Assembly (NCBI GenBank): GCA_035712245.1
Contig: DASTBC010000310.1
Span: 1-54,776, forward strand
Direction of reading: 5' to 3'
DNA length: 54,776 nt
Source: Candidatus Eiseniibacteriota bacterium
Lineage (GTDB): Bacteria > Eisenbacteria > RBG-16-71-46 > SZUA-252
This document shows, one piece after another, positions 18,149 to 26,575 of this stretch. How positions within the stretch are numbered: the first letter of the stretch is position 1; the number at the start of each line of letters is the position of its first letter. The notes below the pieces were generated by a model. The model worked only from the letters and a program-made list of their open reading frames with translations. It searched no databases and was not told the origin of the DNA. Made by a program: the position numbers and the translations under genes.

Positions 18149-19594
18149 GTGGGAGTGAGCGCCGGCTCCGGATCCAGCGGGGGCGCATCCGCGGCCGACC
18201 GAAGGACGGCGGGCGCGGGGGGCGAGCCTCCGCTTCGCCGTCAGATCGGCCTCTACGCCGCCACGGCGGTGACGGTCGGGAGCATCGTCGGCTCGGGCAT
18301 CTTCCGCTCCCCGCACTCGGTCGCGCGCGAGCTCCCCTCCGAGGGGCTGATGCTCGCCGCGTGGATCGTGGGGGGCCTCCTCTCGATGGTGGGCGCGCTC
18401 GCGCTCGCGGAGCTCGCCGTGGCGCATCCCCGGACCGGCGGCCTCTACGTGTTCATCCGCGAGGGATTTGGACGACGGCTCGCGTTCGTCTTCGGCTGGG
18501 CTTCGCTGACCGTCATCAAGCCGACCGTGATCGCATCCATCACGAGCGTGTTCGCTCTCTACTTCTGCGAGGCGGTCGGGCTCGGGGAGAGCGCGCAGCT
18601 TCCGGCCGGCATCGCGGCGATCGGGGCGCTCACGCTCGTGAACTGGCTCGGGGTGAAGGAAGGGACGCGCACCCAGACCTTCCTCACGACGCTCAAGGTC
18701 GCGGGGATCCTGCTCCTCTGCATGGCCGCGTTCGCGCTGCCCCACCGCGGCGCAACGCCAGGCGCTGCGTCCGCGGCGGCGCCGCCCCTCTCCACGTCGC
18801 CGCTCTGGCTCGCGTTCGTCGCCGCGATGATCCCGATCCTCTTCGCGTACGACGGGTGGACGGACTCGACCTACGTCGCCGGCGAGTGCGTGCGTCCGCG
18901 GCGCAACCTCCCCATCGCGATCGTCGGAGGAACGGCGATCGTGATCGCGATCTACGTGCTGACGAACCTCGCCTACTTCGCCGTGCTCTCGCCCGCCGAG
19001 GTCGCCACCTACGAGGCGGTCGGAAGCGAAACGGTGCGGCGAATCCTCGGGGACTGGGGAGGCCGCGCGCTCGCCGTCCTCGTCGCGGTGAGCACGTTCG
19101 GCACGATCAGCGCCTCGATTCTCACGGGACCTCGCGTCACGCTCGCGATGGCGTCCGACGGGCTCTTCTGGAGGCGCGCGGCGCACGTGGCGCCGAGGCG
19201 GGGCACTCCGGACGTCGCTCTCTGGCTCCAGTGCGTGCTCGCGTGGATCTGGCTGGCGGTCGCGGTGGAGGGGTTCGAGGACGTGTCCGGGTGGTTCGTC
19301 ACCACCTCGTGGCTGTTCTACGGCCTCACCATCGCCGCGGTGATTCGGCTCCGCGCACGTCCCGGCGGCGGGCCTCCAGGCGATCCACCGGCAGACGAGG
19401 CGGCCGAGGCAGGCGGCGGCCGCGCCTATCGAACTCCCCTCTACCCGCTGACGCCCGTTCTCTTCATCCTCGTCACGCTGGGCCTGATCGCAAGCGATCT
19501 CGCCGCGAGCCAGTGGCGCGCGGCGGCGGGGATCCTCGTGGCGGCCCTGGGGTTCCCGATCTACCACGTCTGGAAGGGCCGGTCCGCAACGTAA
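18149..19594 (+). CDS. APC-superfamily amino-acid permease
   Basis: About 12 hydrophobic segments. N-terminal ...TVGSIVGSGIF... motif. 481 codons. GTG start not verified. Confidence 0.85.
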   Translation: MGVSAGSGSSGGASAADRRTAGAGGEPPLRRQIGLYAATAVTVGSIVGSGIFRSPHSVARELPSEGLMLAAWIVGGLLSMVGALALAELAVAHPRTGGLYVFIREGFGRRLAFVFGWASLTVIKPTVIASITSVFALYFCEAVGLGESAQLPAGIAAIGALTLVNWLGVKEGTRTQTFLTTLKVAGILLLCMAAFALPHRGATPGAASAAAPPLSTSPLWLAFVAAMIPILFAYDGWTDSTYVAGECVRPRRNLPIAIVGGTAIVIAIYVLTNLAYFAVLSPAEVATYEAVGSETVRRILGDWGGRALAVLVAVSTFGTISASILTGPRVTLAMASDGLFWRRAAHVAPRRGTPDVALWLQCVLAWIWLAVAVEGFEDVSGWFVTTSWLFYGLTIAAVIRLRARPGGGPPGDPPADEAAEAGGGRAYRTPLYPLTPVLFILVTLGLIASDLAASQWRAAAGILVAALGFPIYHVWKGRSAT

Positions 19595-19607
19595 CCCGCG
19601 GGGTGCC

Positions 19608-22600
19608 ATGACGGAAACGCTCGGCGCGGGCGCGCGCCTCGGCCACTACCGCATCCGGAACAAGCTCGGCTCCGGAGGCATGGGCGAGGTCTATCGTGCC
19701 GAGGACCTGCGGCTCGAGCGCCACGTCGCGATCAAGGTTCTCGCGCGGAGCGACGCCGCGGACCGAACCTCCGTCGACCGCCTGCTCCGCGAAGCGAAGC
19801 TCGCGTCGTCGCTGAGCCATCCGGGGATCGTGACGGTGCACTCGGTCGAGGAGGCGGATCAGACGCACTTCCTCGTCATGGAGCTGGTCGAAGGGGAGAC
19901 GCTCCGGGACCGGCTCGCGAGGGCGCCGCTTCCGCTCGAAGAGATCGTCTCGCTCGGAGCCCAGACCGCCGAGGCTCTGGACGCGGCGCACCGCGCGGGA
20001 CTCATCCACCGGGACGTCAAGTCCACGAACATCCTGGTCACGCCGGAAGGCCGCGCCAAGGTCGCCGACTTCGGTCTCGCGAAGCGGCTCCCCGGGTCCG
20101 GAACCGATGCGGACGTGACGGCCATGGCCTCGCTCACCGCGACCGGGGCGATCGTGGGCACCGTCTCCTACATGTCCCCCGAGCAGTCGCGCGGCGAGTC
20201 GCTCGATGCCCGGACCGACATCTTCTCCCTGGGAGTCGTCCTCTACGAGGCCGCGACCGGCCGGCTCCCCTTCGAGGGACCGACCACCTTGACCGTGCTC
20301 CACGAGATCGCGCTGGTGGAGCCCCCCGCGCCGTCACGCGTCCGGGCCGGACTGCCGCGCTCGCTCGATCACGTGATCCTCCGCGCGATGGCGAAGAAGC
20401 GGGAGCGGCGGTTCGAGACCGCGGGAGAGCTGGCCCGCGCGCTGCGCGATCTCCTGCAGGAGGACGCCACGTCCGGGCGCGATCTCGCGCGTGCCGGCGT
20501 CACGGCCGGATCTCCCTCTGGGCGGCAGGGGCGGGTCCGGAACAACCTGCCGGTTCCGCTCACGAGCTTCGTCGGACGGCACGACGAGATGGAAGAGGCC
20601 TCGAGACTCCTCGAGACGCATCGCCTCGTCACGCTCGCCGGCGCGGGGGGATGCGGCAAGTCGCGTCTCTCGATCCACGTCGCGCGCAACGTGCTCGAGT
20701 CGTTTCCCGACGGCGTGTGGCTCGTGGAGCTGGCCTCCCTGTCCGACCCGGGGCTCCTTCCCCAGAGGATCGCGGCGGCCATGGGCGTTCGCGAGGAGCC
20801 GGACCGGCCCGTGCTCGAGACGCTCGGGGACGCGCTCTCCGAACGGACGGTCCTGATCCTCCTCGACAATTGCGAGCACATGACGTCCGCGTGCGCGTCC
20901 GTGGCGGCGTCGCTCCTCGATGCCGCTCCGGCCGTTCGAATCCTCGCGACGAGCCGGGAGCCTGTGGGGGTGCCGGGAGAGAGCCTGCTGCGCGTCCCTC
21001 CGCTCGAGACTCCGGATCCGGCGCGACAGCGCTCCCGCCGCGAGCTGGGACGATTCGAGTCGGTCCGCCTCTTCGTGGAGCGCGCCGCGGCCGCGAGTCC
21101 GTCGTTCGCCCTGAACGACGAGAACGCGGCGACCGTGGGACAGATCTGCGCGCGGCTCGACGGGATCCCGCTCGCGATCGAGCTGGCGGCCGCTCGCATC
21201 CGGGTGCTGCCGGTCCCGCAGATCCTGGTTCGTCTCGAGGACCGGTTCCGTCTGCTCACGTCCGGCGGAGCGGCGCTTCCCCATCACCAAACCCTCCGCG
21301 CGACGGTCGACTGGAGCTACGAGCTCTTGAGCGAGCCGGAGCGCGCGCTCTTCGACCGGCTCAGCTGCTTCGCGGGCGGCGCGACGCTGGAGGCGGTCGA
21401 GGCGATCTGCTCGGGAGACGGGATCGCCGAGACCGACGTCCTGGACCTTCTCGCCAATCTCGTCGACAAGTCCCTCGTGGTGCCCGAGACCGGCGCGGGG
21501 AATACCGCGAGATACCGGCTCCTCGAGACCCTGCGCGCGTACGGCGCCGAGCGGCTCGATCGCGCGGGGCATCGCGAGACGGTGGCGGCGCGGCACGCGC
21601 GCACGTTCCTCGGACTCGCCGAGGAGTCGGAGCCCAAGCTGAGCGGAGGAGGCGAGTCGGAGTGGCTCGCCCGTCTCGAGGAAGAGCACGACAACCTGCG
21701 GCGTGCAGGCGGGTGGCTTCTCGAGGCCGGACATGCCGAGGAGCTCCTTCGCCTCGTCGGCGCGCTCTGGAGATTCTGGCGCATCCATGGCCATCTCGGA
21801 GAAGGCAGGCGCCGCATCGAGGCGGCTCTCGCGTTGCCCGACGGAGATCGCGCTCCCTACGCGCGCGCGAAGGCGCTCCTCGGAGCGGCCGCGCTGGCGA
21901 GGAGCCAGGGCGACTACGAGACCGCGTCCACGCGGCTCCAGGAAGCGCTCCCGATCGCGCGCGCCACCGGCAATCGTGAGACCGCCGCGTCCATCCTCAA
22001 CGAGATGGGGAACGTCGCGGACGATCAGAGCAAGCTGGCGGAAGCGGAGGCCCGCTTCCAGGAGTGTCTCGCCATCCGGCGCGAGCTGGGCGACCGGTGG
22101 GGAATGGCCATGGTGCTCCACAACCTGGGAGTCGTGGCCCAGGGCCGCCTCCACTTCGAGGAAGCGAGAGCGCTCTACACGCAGTCCATCGGCTTGAGCC
22201 GGGAGGTGGGCTGGCTCGAAGGAGAGGGTGGGACCCGAAACGCGCTCGGAAGCATCGAGCTGGACCTCGGCAACCACGAGGCCGCGCGGCAGCACCACGA
22301 GGCGGCCCTCGCCATCCATCGGAAGCTCGGGAGCCGGCCGTTCGTCGCGTACTCGCTCCGAGAGCAGGGAAGAGCGTTGACCGGCCTGGGGCGTCACTCC
22401 GAAGCGCGGCGTCTGCTGACGGAGAGCATCGAGACCTACCGCGCGCTCGGGGATTTGCTCGGCACGGTCGAGACGCTCGAGCACTTCGCCGTCCTGGATG
22501 CCGGAGAAGAGCGGGACGAGCGGGCGCTCCTTCTGGCCGGCGCGGCCGACGCGCAACGCTCGAGCCTGGGTGCGCCGCGCAGTGAACCGGACCGCGAGAA

Positions 22601-22739
22601 CCTCGAGCGGAGCTTGAAGCCGGCGCGCGACCGGCTCGGGCTCGAGCGATCGGCGTCGGCTACGGAGGCTGGCAGCGCGATGCCGCTCGACAGGGCGATC
22701 GTCATGGCGACGGAGGAACTACATAAACCATTGACATAG
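19608..22739 (+). CDS. Ser/Thr protein kinase fused to NB-ARC/STAND-type ATPase and TPR repeats (1043 aa)
   Basis: Hanks motifs GSGGMGEVY, AIK, HRDVKSTNIL, DFGLAK, YMSPEQ. P-loop LAGAGGCGKS followed by ...LILLDNCEH... and ...GIPLAIELAA.... C-terminal TPR-like repeats. Confidence 0.9.
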   Translation: MTETLGAGARLGHYRIRNKLGSGGMGEVYRAEDLRLERHVAIKVLARSDAADRTSVDRLLREAKLASSLSHPGIVTVHSVEEADQTHFLVMELVEGETLRDRLARAPLPLEEIVSLGAQTAEALDAAHRAGLIHRDVKSTNILVTPEGRAKVADFGLAKRLPGSGTDADVTAMASLTATGAIVGTVSYMSPEQSRGESLDARTDIFSLGVVLYEAATGRLPFEGPTTLTVLHEIALVEPPAPSRVRAGLPRSLDHVILRAMAKKRERRFETAGELARALRDLLQEDATSGRDLARAGVTAGSPSGRQGRVRNNLPVPLTSFVGRHDEMEEASRLLETHRLVTLAGAGGCGKSRLSIHVARNVLESFPDGVWLVELASLSDPGLLPQRIAAAMGVREEPDRPVLETLGDALSERTVLILLDNCEHMTSACASVAASLLDAAPAVRILATSREPVGVPGESLLRVPPLETPDPARQRSRRELGRFESVRLFVERAAAASPSFALNDENAATVGQICARLDGIPLAIELAAARIRVLPVPQILVRLEDRFRLLTSGGAALPHHQTLRATVDWSYELLSEPERALFDRLSCFAGGATLEAVEAICSGDGIAETDVLDLLANLVDKSLVVPETGAGNTARYRLLETLRAYGAERLDRAGHRETVAARHARTFLGLAEESEPKLSGGGESEWLARLEEEHDNLRRAGGWLLEAGHAEELLRLVGALWRFWRIHGHLGEGRRRIEAALALPDGDRAPYARAKALLGAAALARSQGDYETASTRLQEALPIARATGNRETAASILNEMGNVADDQSKLAEAEARFQECLAIRRELGDRWGMAMVLHNLGVVAQGRLHFEEARALYTQSIGLSREVGWLEGEGGTRNALGSIELDLGNHEAARQHHEAALAIHRKLGSRPFVAYSLREQGRALTGLGRHSEARRLLTESIETYRALGDLLGTVETLEHFAVLDAGEERDERALLLAGAADAQRSSLGAPRSEPDRENLERSLKPARDRLGLERSASATEAGSAMPLDRAIVMATEELHKPLT

Positions 22740-22759
22740 GCCAAGTTGTCTGTTAGTAT
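22731..22759 (+). promoter_or_regulatory. Near-consensus sigma-70-type promoter for the 22795 gene
   Basis: TTGACA (22731-22736), 17-nt spacer, TG-n-TAGTAT (extended -10, hexamer 22754-22759). The -35 abuts the kinase stop codon TAG (22737-22739). The patch is locally AT-richer. Confidence 0.5.
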
Positions 22760-22794
22760 CTACCTCCTCAGGGCGCGACCAACTCGGGGGCTCC

Positions 22795-25700
22795 GTGCGC
22801 CGAAACAGCTCGGTCATCGCACTCGCGTTCGCGTTCCTCCTCCTCCCTTCGTGGACACTCGCGAAACCCCCGAAGCTGAACGTGACGACGAGCCCTCCCT
22901 CGGGCTCCGGCGGGACGACGCTCTCGGGCACGCTCGTCAAGAAGTCGAGCGCGACCACGAGCTGGTATCTCTATCCCGGCGCCTGCGTCCAGCGGGCCCT
23001 CGGCACCTGGAGCCCGAAGAGCTCGGCCGTCGCCGATAGCCTCCAGCCACACGGGAGCTTCCCGAACTCGGGCGGGTACACGGACGGTCAGCCGGTCCCC
23101 GGCTCGAACACGATCGCGTACACCCGCGCGGACCTCCTGTCCTTGCAGAAGCTGTGGGGCGTCGTGGATGCCTCGACGCCCGCGGGGCAGCGCCCCGCCA
23201 TCATCGACGGGAGCCGCAGTCTCTGGTGCGGGAAGTTCGAGACGGGGTGGACGATCTCGGTCGGATATCCGAACAACACCTACCAGATCCTGTACCTCGA
23301 CACGGGCACGCACGGCGGCAACTACACCCTCACGTTCGAAGGCGACATCAGCACCGAGCTGAACTACGACTTCCTGCACGTGATCGGAGGCGGAACCGAC
23401 ACGGCGGCCGCGAACGGGAACCGGGATCCGCTCGGCAACCGGCGCGATTACTTCGACTCCATCATCCACACCGGTTCCGGCGGGCCCGACGGCAACGGAC
23501 ACGTGATCGTGACGTTCACGGGCAGCATCACCTCCGCCCAGTCGGTGTCGTCCGGCGCCGGCACCATCGAGGGCAACGGCTCGGGTCAACCCAACACGGT
23601 GAGCTATTCGATCAGCGGAATTCCGGATCGAGCCGTGTACCTGGTTCTCGTCTCGGATGCGGAAACCTCCTCGGAAGACGGCCTCTGGCCGGAGGGCGAC
23701 GGCGCCGTCCTCGACCTCGTTCAGGTGAGCGACAACGGCTCGATCTACAACGACCAGACGGCCGGTGTGGCGCTCGATCCCCATGACGGAACGGTGCTCA
23801 CGGGCACGTATGGATCGTTCGGGTGCGTCTCCGCACGCACGGCAGCCGGCGTGGGAGAGCTCTGGCAGCTCGCGCCGGGGACCGAGAACCCGACCTCGGA
23901 TGGATGCGCGCCGGCGAAGACGCTGGGTTCCGACCTCTTCTTCGAGGGCGGTGAGCCGAACTTCAACACGTCTCTCGCGGCGCACGCCGCGTTCGTCACG
24001 TGCACCTTCCCGATCGGGGCGGGCAACGCCTCGGTCGTGGCCCAGTGGAACCGGCACATGGATCTGCCCCGGTACTCCGGTCTCTATCAGATGACGGACT
24101 ACCGTTACTTCAAGGATGGAACGTGGTCTTCCTGGAAGAGCATGAACCTGGCCGGAGGCTTGAGCGGAGAAGGGCTTCGATCCTGGGGGGTGGAGCGCGC
24201 GGAACTCGCGGAGGCCGCTCGGGCCGACTCGGTCCAGCTCCGGTTTGGGATCCAGTGTGTCGCGAGCACGGCCGCGGACCAGGCGAACTGCAACACGTCC
24301 ATCCTCAACGCGCTCCTCTACGATGACCTCCGGCTCGAGGTCACGAGCGGCGTTCCGGCGCCGGTCCTCGGAATCGCGCCCGCCTCGCTTCCGCAGACCA
24401 CCTTCATCGACGGCGCCCAGGGAGGGGTGAACTGCGGCGCGGCTCCGTGCTGGCCGGGCCTGCGCGGTTCGGCCCTCGGAACGATCGCGTCCCGCAACCT
24501 CGCCGTGCACGACAACTTCAACTCGCCGTTCGGAGATTCCATCACGATCGCATGCGCGAGCCCCCTTCGCCGTGGCGGGATGGGCATCAACTGGAGGCGC
24601 GGATTCTCGAAGAGCGTGAACTCCGGCGAGCTCGGATCCCCGGGTGCGGAGTACGCGTTCCTGAACGCGTCCTACAACGCGGCGGTCGACGTGCCCCGGA
24701 TGATCTTCCGGCTCTTCGACCCCGCGACGAAGACGTGGAGCCCCTGGGACTCCACCGAGCTCGTGGCCGATGCCGTGGTCGCCGCCGCGGAGACGACCGT
24801 CATCTACAGCGGATATCAGACCAACTGGCCGCCGTATGACAAATCCGTCGCGAACGCCTCGTTGCCCGGAGGGTTCACCGTGAACGGAGTCTCCGCCTAC
24901 AACGGGCTCCGTTTCCTCCCGCGCGGCGCGCGGGTCCAGTACTACTTCAAGGCGACGGACATCCATGGAGGGGTGGCGTACCGGTTCACATCGGATGCGC
25001 CTCCGTACGAAACGGAGGATCTTCCGACGCTGCCCGGAAGCGCGATCAAGGCTCCCGACATCATGGAGTTCCGTGTCCTCCCTGGTGTGTACGCGCCCGG
25101 CCCCGCCGGCTCGCTTCTGGCGGGGCGGACGAACACGCCGCTCCTGAACCTCGACCGCTCCTATGGAACGTGGTCCTTCGGCTACGACCCGGTGACCCAG
25201 GCGCTGCGCGGCCTCGGCGTCCGGGCGGACCGCTACCGGTTCCTCCCGAGCGTGGTCACCGCGAACGGCATCGGCGGCCGCGAGCTGCCCGCGTCGAGGA
25301 TCGATCGGCCCGGGAACTACTTCCCGAACCGGGTCGACTGGGCGCTCGTCGACTCCCTCGGCGCCTGGTACCGGATCCTCATCGAGTCGGGGCACACCCG
25401 CACCGTCACCGCCTTCGACGAGCAGGACGCGATCACGACCGAGGAGTGGTGGCGGAGCAATACGGGGACGGACGCGGGAGACCGGTGCCTGTTCGCGAGC
25501 GGAGACAACCTCTTCAACCTTCTTCTCAATACCGGCGGTGTCGTGACCCTGAATCAGGTGAGCCTCGCCCAGAACGTCTTCGGGGTCTTCTCCGCGATCG
25601 ACAACTGGGCCATCGGCAACGCGTATCCCACGATCGACGATCGGTTCACCGGCGGCAACGGTGTCGGTCTCGCCGCGCCGGGAACATTCACCTATCCGGT

Positions 25701-26463
25701 GGACGGCGGCTGTCCGGGTCTGAACCGCTTCGATGCCCTCACGAAGGTCGGAGACGTGGACGCCGTGGTCGGGGCCACGTATCCCAGCGGATCCATCGCC
25801 GCGATCGCCCGCGCACGCGAGGTGGACAACACGGCCGACCGTGACCTGAACAAGGCTCTGGGTTACGGCTTCTCGATGCAGTTCATCCGCAACCCTTCGT
25901 ATGGCGTCTCGAACGCCAATTACACTCGCGCCGGCGTCGAGAACCGGATGCGCGTGCTGTACCGGTTCCTCACGGGCTGCCGCGGCACTCGCGAAGCGGA
26001 CGATCTCTCCTGCTGGCCCTGCCCGACCCCAGGCGCGGCCGTGCCGACGGTTCCGCAGATGCAGGCCGAGTGGGCCCTCCAGTCGGCGGGATTCCAGACG
26101 TCCACGTACGGACCGCTCTACCCGATCCAGGCCGCGGCGCTCGTGACCTTGGTGGAGCCACCGGCCACGCCGCCCGCACCGTTCGTGAACGCCCTCGGTC
26201 AGAACCGCCCGAACCCGTTCAATCCGGAGACCACGATCCCCTACAGCCTCGCCACGCCGGGCCGCGTCACGATCCGCATCTACGACATCGCGGGCCGGCT
26301 CGTGCGGACGCTCGTGGACGGCCCGGCCCAGGCCGGTCCGCACGCTGTCCGGTGGAACGGTGCCACGAACGAAGGCTCCTCGACGGCGAGCGGCGTGTAC
26401 TTCTACAAGATCGAGTATCCCGACGGCGCGGTCAGCTCGAGGAAGATGATCCTGCTGCGGTAG
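22795..26463 (+). CDS. Large secreted protein of unknown function (1222 aa) with FlgD-Ig/T9SS-type C-terminal domain
   Basis: Signal peptide MRRNSSVIALAFAFLLLPSWTLA. C-terminal approx 90 aa (approx 26188-26460) read ...NRPNPFNPETTIPYSLATPGRVTIRIYDIAGRLVRTLVDG...GVYFYKIEY...RKMILLR. No catalytic motif recognised in the body. Confidence 0.85.
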   Translation: MRRNSSVIALAFAFLLLPSWTLAKPPKLNVTTSPPSGSGGTTLSGTLVKKSSATTSWYLYPGACVQRALGTWSPKSSAVADSLQPHGSFPNSGGYTDGQPVPGSNTIAYTRADLLSLQKLWGVVDASTPAGQRPAIIDGSRSLWCGKFETGWTISVGYPNNTYQILYLDTGTHGGNYTLTFEGDISTELNYDFLHVIGGGTDTAAANGNRDPLGNRRDYFDSIIHTGSGGPDGNGHVIVTFTGSITSAQSVSSGAGTIEGNGSGQPNTVSYSISGIPDRAVYLVLVSDAETSSEDGLWPEGDGAVLDLVQVSDNGSIYNDQTAGVALDPHDGTVLTGTYGSFGCVSARTAAGVGELWQLAPGTENPTSDGCAPAKTLGSDLFFEGGEPNFNTSLAAHAAFVTCTFPIGAGNASVVAQWNRHMDLPRYSGLYQMTDYRYFKDGTWSSWKSMNLAGGLSGEGLRSWGVERAELAEAARADSVQLRFGIQCVASTAADQANCNTSILNALLYDDLRLEVTSGVPAPVLGIAPASLPQTTFIDGAQGGVNCGAAPCWPGLRGSALGTIASRNLAVHDNFNSPFGDSITIACASPLRRGGMGINWRRGFSKSVNSGELGSPGAEYAFLNASYNAAVDVPRMIFRLFDPATKTWSPWDSTELVADAVVAAAETTVIYSGYQTNWPPYDKSVANASLPGGFTVNGVSAYNGLRFLPRGARVQYYFKATDIHGGVAYRFTSDAPPYETEDLPTLPGSAIKAPDIMEFRVLPGVYAPGPAGSLLAGRTNTPLLNLDRSYGTWSFGYDPVTQALRGLGVRADRYRFLPSVVTANGIGGRELPASRIDRPGNYFPNRVDWALVDSLGAWYRILIESGHTRTVTAFDEQDAITTEEWWRSNTGTDAGDRCLFASGDNLFNLLLNTGGVVTLNQVSLAQNVFGVFSAIDNWAIGNAYPTIDDRFTGGNGVGLAAPGTFTYPVDGGCPGLNRFDALTKVGDVDAVVGATYPSGSIAAIARAREVDNTADRDLNKALGYGFSMQFIRNPSYGVSNANYTRAGVENRMRVLYRFLTGCRGTREADDLSCWPCPTPGAAVPTVPQMQAEWALQSAGFQTSTYGPLYPIQAAALVTLVEPPATPPAPFVNALGQNRPNPFNPETTIPYSLATPGRVTIRIYDIAGRLVRTLVDGPAQAGPHAVRWNGATNEGSSTASGVYFYKIEYPDGAVSSRKMILLR

Positions 26464-26575
26464 GAATGAACGAGCAGCAGCCAAGTGCCACGCGGTCCTA
26501 GAGTCGGCGCGTGTTCCCAACGGCTGCTGTATACTGGCCAGCACTCCCGCAACCAATTCGAACTCGAGGCCCTGC

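Noticed and set aside
15071-19609. 1512-aa minus-strand ORF, with similar giants at 22768..26637(-), 30991..34836(-), 50019..52760(-), 32142..36155(+, 5' part), 34886..38206(+, 5' part) and 36565..40224(+, 5' part)
   Set aside because: They are Arg/Pro/Gly/Ala-rich with no signal peptides or motifs. They lie antisense or out of frame to ORFs with unmistakable family signatures (EEP, FGE, permease, kinases, IleRS and others). Stop-codon-poor alternative frames are expected at this GC content. Only the 3' portions after the in-frame coupled starts are real genes.
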